Source: Macrostomum lignano (taxonomy: Eukaryota). From it: DNA of 53,174 nt. Shown piece after piece: positions 11,318-22,810 of the stretch (positions are counted from its first letter, which is position 1; every line of letters starts with the position of its first letter). The DNA is taken from assembly GCA_002269645.1 (NCBI GenBank), contig NIVC01004253.1, forward strand, positions 1 to 53,174, in the 5' to 3' direction. The translations under genes and the position numbers were made by a program. The notes beneath the pieces are model-generated. The model was given only the letters and a program-made list of their open reading frames with translations, had not been told where the DNA came from and did no database searches.

Positions 11318-14000
11318 GCCTAGACAGAACCATTAGTTCCTTAGAGGACTGCAGGTGAATTCTAAGAAAATGGACTGCATTGTCCTTCTACTTCAGTTGT
11401 CCATCGATGCACCTCTTTAACTTTGAACTCCGAAACTGGTCCTGGACCTCCACTATGATGCACTACTGCAATCAATATATTCTTTTAAAAATATCAAAAC
11501 CCACCCAGGTATTGAAACGTCCTTTCCGAGAGAATGTGGAGCGCCTCAGCACTCACAAAATTGATTTCTAGCATTTCAAGTAAAAAACTAAATAGATAGC
11601 TTCTACTTTAGCAGACTACTAACACCGAACTAGTAGTATTAGTCCAAAATAATAATTACTTGTAATAAATAAATGAGTCAATAATGGAATATCCCCAACG
11701 GGGCAACAATATTTATGCATTTTATTCAATTTTTGGTTCAAATGGGAATTTTATTGAAAGTACAGGTTCTTTTAATATAACGCTTCCAAATTAACAAAGC
11801 TACTAGTAAAACTTAACATTTAAGTACACTTACAATACATATGCATAACACATATTAGTAGACAGAATCCCGGCACAGATACAAGGCCAGAGTACTACAC
11901 AAACAATAGCAATTTTAATTATTAATTAGGCATATCAGGAGATATATAAATATAGATATAATTAGATTTTTTGCTTATAAAAGCGCATCGAATGCAATAG
12001 GGATCAGCAACTCCAATAGGATTAGAAATGGGATATTAATGCTTGGAATTTTCACAGACAGATAATGACAGACGACACGTGAGAGCTGGGAAGTTGAAAG
12101 GCTACAAAGGGTGAGTTAGTAAATAGCAGCAACACTGTAAATTGAAACTCGATTGCATCTGATAATTATTAGGAGCAGTAAACTAATTCTTTAGTTGAAA
12201 TGTATACATATATAATATTTATAGTACACATAGAAATGGCTAGCAGCAATCAATCAAATTTATATATTATTAATATGTGCATATCAACTCGAAAGCAGGT
12301 AGACTTGCATAAGTTTGCAAACAAGAGACAGTTAATTAATATGCATATACCATATTGATACGGTTAGCCAAAAAGAACAATAGTAGTATTTTTCTGTTCA
12401 AAGGATTCTTATAATATATATTATAAGTATTACTTAGTATTGAATAGATTCAAGTGGCTCTCTAATTTGTAGTGCAGCGCAGAGTATTCATATTAACTAT
12501 GCAACAAAACCAAAAGTACATACGAAGGAGAGCAAACTGTGGTGTGCAATATGAGTGCACAGATAGCGAGATCAAGGCAGTCATCAGTCCAATCATTTTC
12601 AACACAAAATCGATGCAGTAGTTACTTTTGAGTTTTTTGCAAAAAAATACAGTTATGAATTTAGAACAGAGTACACAAAAAGAGAGCTGAACTTTAGGAG
12701 CGCAGGGCAAAGCAGACCCCCCTGCACAACACTGCACCGTATGAGATAGTTGCAATGAACAGAATTGTACACATACAGACAGGAAGGGTAACTTTCGAAG
12801 GAATTTCATCAAAACCCTCCAAGCCAATATGGGTGCAGTTTTGAAGAATAGATACAATTTTCAATGATACTAATAAAAGCAGCGGCAAAGCAGAATAAAG
12901 CAGAGCAAAAACATAGTAAGAAGCAGCAAAAGGGCAATGTGTTGGAAGCAATTACTATTTTTATAAGTTTCTGTTGTAGAGAATTTATTTATATTTTAAA
13001 AAGACTCCACTCTCATTGGCTCTGAACTTTTGTCTATGGTCAAAACTGACAAATGTGACCTGTCATCGCCACACATGGCAGCTATTTGAATTCTATTAAA
13101 GAAATTAGACAGGTCATACCACCGAATTCTGTTTCAGAGATTTTATAAATCTTGTTCAGGTTAAGTTTAAGTTTAAGGGCACGTCAGTAAAACAATACAC
13201 GGGGCACAAATTCAACTTTCCTTACTATTTACCTTTTTATAAGAATACGAGCATATATGAATTATGGATTTATTATTCTTATTCTTATCTGTCTGGCACA
13301 CAATTTTAGAACTGAAAAAGCTTGCTTACAAAACACCACCCTTCTGCTTAGACATTAGACATTAATTAGCAACATGGACATACAAAATCATATTGTCAGA
13401 AGGAACTGCCAGGGTTGGATTGTTGGACAACACAGCGCGTGAAAGCGGGCACAATACGCTATATTATATATATATGCGATATAAAGCAATAAATCGGATT
13501 AGCGAACGAATGCGAGAAGAGCGAAGGGAAAGGAGAATAACACACGATTGCATAGCTGGAGCAAAGCTAAAAACACACACACAGATTTGGGAAAGCAATA
13601 GCCAAAGCAAGCAACACGGTGTGCATAGCGGCAGGACAACATAATCGCGGATATGACAAGTTTATAGACATGATCTGATCTGATGGGTCGCGCGCACAAG
13701 TTGACTGTGAATTTGTAGGCCGAAAAATTTGTGGAAAAATTTTCTTCTCAAGAAATAAAATACGTTTGTAGCTAAACTCTATAATTAAAACTTGTCTTGA
13801 TAGCTTAAGCCACAGATACTAAAATAACCAGACTTTTTCTGCTTAATTTTTGCTTTATTAACAATTTTCTGCGCAATGTCACTTAAATTAATGTGGCAGC
13901 TAAAATTTCATTTTCTTCATCGGGTTTTGTGGCCTCGCTCATATGGTTAAGAATGAACAAGCATTAAGATCGGTTTGTACACAATTGAACAAGATGGACG

Positions 14001-14235
14001 AAACTCAGCCTAGGGGGGTTGGGGACGGGGACAGGCCCATGGCCCAATCTAGCTCAGCCAATGAGAAAGCAGTAAGGAGAGAGGTCAAAGTAAAACTCTG
14101 CCTAGGGGGGACAGGCCCATGGCCCAATCTAGCTCAGCCAATGAGAGAGCAGTAGGGAGAGAAGTCAAAGTTAAACTCAGCCTAGGGGAATCTAGCTCAG
14201 CCAGTCAGAAAGCAGTAAGCAAAGAGCATAAAGTC
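14001..14235. repeat. Three imperfect tandem copies of an ~80-nt unit (AAACTCAGCCTAGGGG..CCCAATCTAGCTCAGCCAATGAGA..)
   Basis: Direct repeats read directly. Confidence 0.75.
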
Positions 14236-15906
14236 AGACACTTGAGTCAGGCAAGAGAAAAGCCAAACTGTTTATCGGTCTGGCTGGGGCGCAACCCCTT
14301 TTTCTCTCTTGCTTTGTTATGTACACACAACTAGATTTGCGTGCAAGATTCAAACAGGATAAAGATGCTAATTTTATGGGTCTGCTAGAATGCCAGTGAC
14401 GATTGTTGTAGCTTTAAGTTTAGGTCTAAAGATGCAGACAAAAAACGCTAATTTTGCTACTAAAAGAGGTGAGCGCAGTTTTTGTGACTGATTTATCTAA
14501 GTTAGTTTAGTACCTGCGGTTTTACCTATTAATAAAAGACCACGACAATAAGAACAAAATAATAACTGGAAAGGAGAACGGGGTAACTAGTAAATATTAA
14601 TATTAAAATAAAAAACACATAAATTGGGGCACAATAGATATTTTTACTCAACAACGCAATACAAGCACAGGTAGGCAAGTTGGTGACAATTTTGTTAAAC
14701 AAATCCTGTCGACATTTAAAAAGTCTTCATCTAAAGCCAAGAGAAGCAGCGCGATGGGAAAAAAAGCTAAAAGAAACCATTTAAACGAAACCCGTGCCAT
14801 CTGTCGTCTTATTCTAGCTACGTATGAAATGAAATATACTAATAACGAATGATTATGTAACTTGAGCACAGAGCGGGGGGTTTCTCTACTAAACCAATTC
14901 TTAGTTAAAAGTCATGGACGCAAGCAAATGTACGCACTGATAAATACTTTGCACAACCTGTTAATTGAACGCTAAAAGTGATAGCTTCACGGCCCCACTA
15001 AAAACAGTTAGTTTAGTCTTTAGTTTATAAATATTTACGCAATCAAGTTGAAGGTAAAATGGATCTCTGTTGGTAAATACTTATCAAAAATGGTGTAATA
15101 TTTAAAAAATACACTTGTACATATCAAATAGAGTTGATTAACGGAGTTACGGGAAAGGCCTCCGTGTGGAAGACTGACTGACGGACAAATGTACGCATCT
15201 ATATAATAGAATATTAACATATTAAAACCAATTACAAACCCGACCCGCCCTATAGTCGCATTACTTACTAATATAATCTGGGGGAAATGGGTATAGAAGA
15301 CAGAATATAGAGCCGCTGGTAGCACTGACGGGAAATTGACATGTAAAAGCCTGCAGGTAAGACCATTATACAGACGATTCTTATTCATGTTGCTTTTCAA
15401 AGTAAATAGTTTAATATAAATTGTTTCAAGAGCAAAAGTGCGGAGACACAAGACATCGAGGGGGAGCACCATATTAGGTCAGTTTTAACAAATTAATACA
15501 GCGCGATGCATAGATATTGATTGAGAAAGGCCAATAGGATACGACTATCAATGAGCGGTATTAGATAACGGGGGGGCGTTGTTGGAATTCATCAACATTC
15601 GTTGCAAAAGAACCGGAAGGAGACTTATGAAGCAATCGATCAGTCATTAAAACGCGGTAGAATTGGATCAGACAAATATTTGCCGAAATTGCCGAAATGA
15701 GTTAAATAAATTTTATATGCGAACAGAGATCGGAACCTCAGGACTAGCAATAGGGGAGGGAAAGCGGATTTTTAAGAATTAAAATGAGACCGAACAACAG
15801 GCGAGCCGAAGGAAATGGAAGCTAAAAGAAGAATCGTCCTCAAACAAGAAAGAGCAATTGCCTCGAAATTGTCCCATAATTAGGAGTTGTGAGAGGGCGA
15901 GCGCAG

Positions 15907-15979
15907 TCAAGCTCGTTGCTGAGATTCTACTCCGCCTCCGCCTCCACCGGCACCACCGCCGCTTGCACCCTGCTGCTGT

Positions 15980-16011
<32 letters not shown>

Positions 16012-17868
16012 CAGACGGGCCTGGGCAACTCCGGCTGACTGTTGCGGCTGCTGCGAGTAAAGATGCAGCGACGGGCCAACAAATCTATTGGCGGCAGCGG
16101 CTGCCATCTGATGATAGTGCTGAGGCGCATAGCTGGCAGCGCTAGCTGGCACTCCGGTAAACTGAGCAGCAGCTTGATAGGCGTACATGGCGGCTACTTG
16201 CTGCTGCTGCAGCTGGTGATAGACGCTAGCTGTTGGCTGCTGCGGCTGCTGCTGATGCTGCGGAGGCGAAGTAAGATGCTGAGCAGCGGCTGCAGCGGCG
16301 GCAGCAGCAGCAGCTGACTGGCTAGTAGCAACGCTGGCAGCTGGCTGTTGGCCAAGCTGAGAAGGACTACCAGTTGAAAAAAAGTATCCGGGTGCACCGC
16401 CAGTCGGATAGACGGCTGGCAGATTAGCGGCCGCCATAGCCGTTGGATGATAAGCGAACGGGTGAGCAAAATAGAGCCCAGCCGTGGCAGCGTGAGCCGG
16501 AATACTGGCCGGATAATTGCTAGCCACGTGAACCAAGTCCATCTGTTGCTGCTGCTGTTGATGTTGGTTAGCAACAGCGACATTAGCGGCTGCGGTGGCC
16601 GCCGCGGCAGTCGGATTGATACGAACAGGCGCAGGAGCCAAGGCGTAGCGCTGATCGGGATCATAGCGGTAGACGCTAGTACCTTCCGGGGTCAGCAGCG
16701 GACCGCGCAGATCAATAAATACAAAATCGCCGCGGGATAGCTCCGAAACGCGGGCGGGCACTAGGCGATAGACGGAGAGATCGTCGCGCAGGTACACCTG
16801 GGCGTACTGCGGCTGCGGACTTGGCGAAGAGCCGACGTTAACAACACCGACAGCGGTTTCGTCAGAAACGGCGTTAGTTGCCGATTGGTCGTTGCGCCTA
16901 TAGCCGCTATTAATCTTGGCTTGTTGTTGCTGTTGCGATTCGTGGTAGCCGCTGCCTACAATCTCTTTGCGACGCTTGTCGTAATCCTGACGGCGCTCTT
17001 CAAATGAGCGCGGCGGCGTGGCCTGCTGCTGCCCGTACGGCGAGCCACCTTTCGGCGTCGAGGGTGGACCTTCGCGGCGAAGGATTTTCTTTTCGCCATT
17101 GAGTACAGTTGGACTGGCTTCTTTGTTACCGCTATTGCCAGGCGTAGCTGGATGGCCGCCATTCTGGCTGCCGCCGCATAGCTGATCGCGCAGCTCGTAG
17201 TATCGCGCCAGATCGCTAATCGAGAAATTCCAATTGCGAAAGTGCTCCTTCTGGCGTTCGATCCGAATAGTGGAGCTCTGGTAGGGCCCCATTATGTTGT
17301 GATCTAAGCCATAGAATGCGCAAAGCTTGTGCATTAGCATGCGAATACGCGGCTCCTGGTTACTCCAAAGTGTCTCGTCACCGTCCTGCGAGCCGTCATC
17401 AAGAATTTTGGCCTGATGCTTGAGCCAATAATCTAGCTCAAGCAATATTGCGCGATCCTTTTTCAGATTATCATGCGACAATGTCTTCTCTAAAAAGCTA
17501 GCAATATCGTCGTTCAATGTGTCCCGTACGCCATGTCCGCTCTCTATCTTCAAATAGGCAGACAGTTTTTTAGTTAGCGCTTCCAGCTCTTCAAGCTGCT
17601 CCGGAGTGCCAGTAGGCGTTATTTTAGCTTTAGCTGGCGACTTATTCTCCGATGTCAGGCTGCCATCAGCAGCGCCAGTACTAGAGGGCGCATTCGATCC
17701 AGCGGCAGCGGAGGACGACGGCGGACTGGCGTTGCCAGAAGAGGCGGCGGGCACAGAAGCTGGCTCAATGGCAGAGCTGCCGCCGCCATTTGTGGCAGCG
17801 CTGGGCATTGCAGCTGAAGCTGCCGACTCGTCTGCCTTTTTAACTTTAGCGCCAGAAGCTGACGACAT
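15907..17868 (-). CDS. R3H + SUZ domain RNA-binding protein (encore/ARPP21/R3HDM family), 653 aa, intronless CDS
   Basis: DRAILLELD..RMLMHKLCAFYGLDHN matches the R3HDM-type R3H domain (RxxxH intact); KILRR..SFEERRQDYDKRRKEI matches SUZ; Q/A/P/Y-rich low-complexity C-terminus; open frame ATG to TGA. Confidence 0.85.
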
Positions 17869-18555
17869 TATCTGGCGCTGATGGCTACTGGCTTTCTTAA
17901 ATAGTAGGATTAGCTAACTTTCAATCAAATGCCAACACAAACACAAACACTTACAGTAACGCTTTTATACACTTTCTTTAACCTGCGAATTTTAAAGCCA
18001 AAAACTCTTGATCAGCTTTCTTTTCTTTATCCTTTAGCAGCTTTTCTAGTGATGGACTATATTCAGAGAAACAGCAGAACAGCTAGCAACACGAAGACAA
18101 AGGACTCTGCAATTAAAATTCAAGTCATCACAGTTCCAAGCATAAATTCACATTTAAAACCACATCTTAGCAGATTTTTTTGCTCTGCTAGGATGCTAAG
18201 TAATATAAAAGTATTCATGCATTATCCAATATTTTTTCTTAAGTACCAACCCTCAATAAAATTGTTCATCTTATTAATATGCCACTATGCTAGGACAAAA
18301 TACTCAACATATAAATATTAAGCACTCTAGATGGAATTCAATAGTCATATTGAATCAATATAGTTATACAAATTTATAACCACATGTTGTCATAGGCCAC
18401 AAGCCTTCAAATATGACTTTAATATGTGCTTTATATGCACAAGAAAAAATATATAAATGTAGGATTGTAAATACACATGACTTAGCAGATTCTAAGTGTT
18501 ACACTTGTCCTTGCATATTAGCACTTACAGTAGATTTAGAATTTAAAATAATTTA

Positions 18556-18804
18556 AAATGATATGTCATTCAGCTCACAATGACACTAGGAAGCTGGGTT
18601 TGGCAAAAAAGTGGCAAAAATTGGACTTAGGAAAGATGAGAACAAGCAAGGGGATAATTATAGAGACTACTTTATGAGCTCAAGCCTCAAGTTATCATAA
18701 TAGTACCTAATTATCCCCATGCTTGTTCTCTAAGTCTAATTTTTGTCGCTTTTTTGTCAAACCATGCTTTCTGGTGTCACTGTAAGCAGAATGACATATC
18801 ATTT
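18556..18804. mobile_element. Degenerate foldback/MITE-like element, ~100-bp arms (AAATGATATGTCATTC... / ...GAATGACATATCATTT)
   Basis: Arms align as inverted repeats and differ mostly by transitions. Confidence 0.7.
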
Positions 18805-19459
18805 GTGTATATAGGTTACTTGGGCTCCACTTTATGAGCTTAAGTTGACATGCCCTTTATTTAGTCTAGATATTACATTTTGAAAAAATATTGGCTTGCA
18901 TTTTATGACAGTTTATTCTAGAACTTATTATTGTTTAAATGTTAAAAATATAATAGTCTTTATTTTTGTAAGTTTCACCATTTTTAACAAACCATTTCTA
19001 TGAAAAAGATAATATACAAGACAATCAAAGTTCTGTCATTGTTTAATTTTTTGCACATTGGGCTTCTTTTAAATTGATTTTAATTGTTATTATAGACACA
19101 TTATCTTTTACTAAAACATAATTTTTAAGCCACTCTTGCTGGCTTGAGAATATATAGCATTTTTTACTACCCTTGAGTGACTGTCAGTTTCAAGCAAAGC
19201 CATATATGCCATCATACATTTCTAATACCCATATGACCTATCTGAACCAGATGGGTGAAATGGCTGCCAGCCAAGGTAAGTAGCAAAATTGAAAATGCAA
19301 AAAATGAAAATTTGGGGGAAGAAAGAAAGGAGATGAAGAGAAAAGGAAAAGAAAGGAGGAAGAAGAGAGGGGAAAGAGGAGAGAGAAAGAAAAAGAAAAG
19401 AAAAAAGGAAAAGGCAAGAAAATTCATATAAAAAGTGAAAATTATTTTGCAATTGGGGG

Positions 19460-19553
19460 AACTAAGTTGCAATTGAGAGGAACTAAGTTGCAATTGGGAG
19501 GAACTAAGTTGTAATTAGGAGAAACTAAGTTGCAAATCTAGACAAAACTAAGT
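19460..19553. repeat. 21-nt tandem repeat AACTAAGTTGCAATTGAGAGG (~5 copies), preceded by a purine-rich tract (19310-19420)
   Basis: Tandem units read directly. Confidence 0.75.
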
Positions 19554-19589
19554 CGCACTGGACAGGTGAAATTTTGAAGTTGGGTATGT

Positions 19590-20427
19590 ATGTATGCCAT
19601 TCATTATCCATTATGAATGGAGATATGGCACAGCAACAAAAGAAATTGAAGCCTATTTATATAGGCAATATGGGGAGTCTATACTATCATAACATACTAT
19701 CATCTGCTAGATTCATAGTTTTGAAAGAGGCAAAGGTGACTTCAAAGACAAGCCTTGCAATAGTAGACCCAAGACTTTTATCAACCAAGAGTATTATCAA
19801 TAGTATCTAAATATTCTTTGACAAGGATAGGCAAGTGACTATTGTTAGGATAGAAGAGGCCTATGGCATTAGTTATAGTAGTATGCAGTCTATTCTAATA
19901 GTCTAACTAGGAATATTGAAAGTTTGTACCAGATAGGTGCCAAAACTCCTGACTACAAAAATGCAATGCAATTGGATATAGGAATGCTCGCATTTACTCC
20001 ACCTAATGCAACATTGCCAAGAAGAATTCTTTGATTCAATTATGACAAGGGATGAGCCAATGTTTTTTCTATATAAGCCAGAGACTAAAGCTCAAAGCAT
20101 ACAATAGAAACACCCAAATAAAACTACTCTACTAAAGGCTAAGATATTTTTATCAATGAAAAAAACAGATAGGCACTATTTTCTAAGATGGGCAAGGGAT
20201 ATCGCTAATTAAGTGGCTTTTTAAAGAATAAAAAGACTCTATATGAGTGTAAGACTTTAATATTGCCACCTTTGCTAGCTAAAAAAGCAATCAAAGAGAA
20301 GAGGCTTAAAAAGTTCATTAGAGACATTAAACTGCTCTATGAAAATGCATTAATTATATAAGGTTATATTTATATAGGGTGCTTGCACATTTTGAGCAAG
20401 TAAAATAAAGGAGACTATTTGACTGAT
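19590..20427 (+). pseudogene. Degraded mariner-family transposase remnant
   Basis: Conceptual translation gives YGESILS..HTIIC*IHSFERG (HTH), KVCTR*VPKLLT (WVP motif), SIMTRDE..YKPETKAQSIQ*KHP (first catalytic D), TIF*DGQGI and terminal KGDYFD*; many stops and frameshifts. Confidence 0.8.
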
Positions 20428-20779
20428 GCCAAAATTAAAGAGATTTAATTTGGTAATATAACAATATAGACCTAAATGTACATCACTTGTTTGTTATATT
20501 TATATTGCAACAAACTATTATAACTTGCAGATTTTGAACCCACTGAGTTCTAATCCCTAGAACAATATTTTTAAATCTGAAGTCATACTCCAACAAATAC
20601 CTATTAATAGTTAGAATAGAGGTAAATAAAAATTGAAGTAAATTAAGATTTGAGGGTACATTGATCATTCTTGGTTAGTGTTGCCATGGAATAACAAGCA
20701 ATGTCTGTCTAAGGCCTGTATAAAGAACTCTGGCCTCTTGCCTCTGCATCTCTCTATGTCCCTTGGGTGTTCTGAAACT

Positions 20780-21470
20780 TCTATCTCCTCTTTTCTCTCT
20801 TTCCTTTTGTTTCTTCTCTCTTCTTCCCTTTTCCTGTCCTTTCTATTCTCATCTCTCATCTTGCTTATCTCCACTCTTTTTTTACTCTTTCCTCTTTTCC
20901 CTCTGTTCTTTTATCTTTTTCCTCTCTTTTCTCAGCTCTCTTATCTTTTTTCTTTTCTCTTCTTCTTTCTTTCTCTTCTCTTCTCTTCTTCTCTTAGCTC
21001 TTATCTTCTCTCAGCTCTTTCATCTTTCCTCTTTTCTCTCAGCTTTCTCATCTTTCCTCTTATCTCTTCCTTCTTATTTTCTCTTTTTTTCTATCCCTTT
21101 TATCTCTTCCCTCTTCTTTTCTTTTTCCTTTTCTATCCCCTCTATCTCTTTTCTCTTCTCTTAACTCTTTCTCCTATTATCTCTTCTTTTTAATCTCTCC
21201 TCTTCTATATGTTCTCTTTTTAACTCTCTTTTTCTTTTTCCTCTACTCTCTCTTCTTTTATCTCATCTTTTTTATATCTCATCTCTCTCTTCTCTCTTTT
21301 TGTCTCTCTTATCTCCTTTTCATCTTTACTGTCTTCTCACTTCTTTTTCCCTTCTCCTTCCTTTTTTCTCTGCCTTTTTTCTCTTTACTTTCTTGTCTTT
21401 TCTTATCTTTTATCCGATCCCCTCTCTCACCTTTCTTCTCTTTTTGTTGTTTATTCATTCTTCTTTCCAT
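20780..21470. repeat. TC-rich low-complexity tract
   Basis: Almost pure pyrimidine sequence; source of spurious F/L/S-rich ORFs. Confidence 0.9.
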
Positions 21471-22019
21471 CCTCATCTACCCTTGCATCCATTAGCTAGA
21501 TTCTTTATCTGGCCTTTGAGATAAAAGTCTGCCAATCTCTACTTTAAAAGCCAGTTTGTAGGACATAGTACTCTCATGGTTGTTTTATTCTAGGGCCTTT
21601 TCATTGATTGCTTTGATTAGGTCATCCTTCTAGCCAATTGGCAGCCTTAAGAGGAACTTATATATCTCTAACTCCACAATTCCATATATCTAATATTGTG
21701 GCTAACCTAGGATTGATGCTTTAAAGTTTGTTCAATTAATAAATAATCATTTTTTCAAACCATTTTATTGAGACTTACAAACTATTCTTCTATATAACTT
21801 TGTTTAAGAAAATAATACAAATCAATAAGTCTTTTTTTAAAAATGATTATTTAAAAGGACCTTAAACTAATAATATACTAAATATGTATTGTATATTAAA
21901 ATCCTAGGAACTAAAGTAGCTAAAACAAAGGAGAAAGTCCTGAAAGACTTCCAAATAAATGAGATTGAACTTTTGCTATTTCCGATATTGAAAAACTTGC
22001 TCTAAAGATGAATTCCAGT

Positions 22020-22810
22020 TGTTTTGCCCCCAAACCATTTTGGCCATATATATTTCACCCCTAGACCATTTTGCCCATAGTCTGTTTCACCCATAAACCA
22101 GTTTGGCAAAGGGCATTTCAGCCAAAATGATGATTATGCATTTTAGAAATACAGCCATATATATCTTTATTTTCTTTTTTTCAATGCTAATTTATAGTTT
22201 TAATTTGTAATAATATATGATCTGAATTGTTGCCATAACAATTGTGTTATTGCATTATTGCGATTTTGTTTATTATGATTATAAATTAAATTACGAGTTT
22301 TTTTAAAGTCATTCCATCAATTATTTAAACCAATTTGTACATTCAGAGGGTGAGAAAGGATTTCTCGGTCAATTAAAGCACAAAGCATAAAATCGTAACA
22401 AAGTATAAAAGTAAAAATGCTATATAAAATTAGTCATTTCAATCAAAGCACAAAGTGTAAAACCCTGATCAAGTTATTTAGCAAAATCTAAGTTGCTCTA
22501 TTGTGATTTTAGTATACATTAGTATATAGATTGTTGGTGTTTTAGCCCTAGAGTGGGGGTGGTTACTATTGAACCTTGCTTATAATAAATTGTATTGTTG
22601 CATGCATGGTTGTCAGCAGTGCTCTTGGCACTTTCGTCTTATCTCGTATACTCTTAGCTCATGACTTTGTTCATTTCAACCCTGGTCCAAATTGGAGGCG
22701 AAACAGTCCATGGCTAAAACTGTCTGTGGGTGAAACGGTCTGTGGGCGAAATAGTCTGGGGGCAAAATGTCTATGGCCAAAACAGTTTATGGGCAAAACA
22801 ACCGATTACC
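22020..22810. mobile_element. Degenerate DNA element with inverted subterminal arrays of ~10-nt TTT(C/T)(G/A)CCC-type units; unclassified
   Basis: 22020-22125 aligns with the reverse complement of 22690-22800. Confidence 0.55.

Noticed and set aside
11380-11580. Possible non-LTR reverse transcriptase fragment (FQYLG, - strand)
   Set aside because: A single short motif with no flanking RT domains
15170-15300. Helentron/HINE-like motifs (ATCTATATAATA, GTCCGTCAGTC)
   Set aside because: No subterminal inverted repeat or 3' hairpin could be delineated
21500-21720. Possible Tc1/mariner C-terminal remnant on the - strand (IYGIVELEIYK..DDLIKAINE)
   Set aside because: Similarity is only suggestive by eye; needs a translated HMM search
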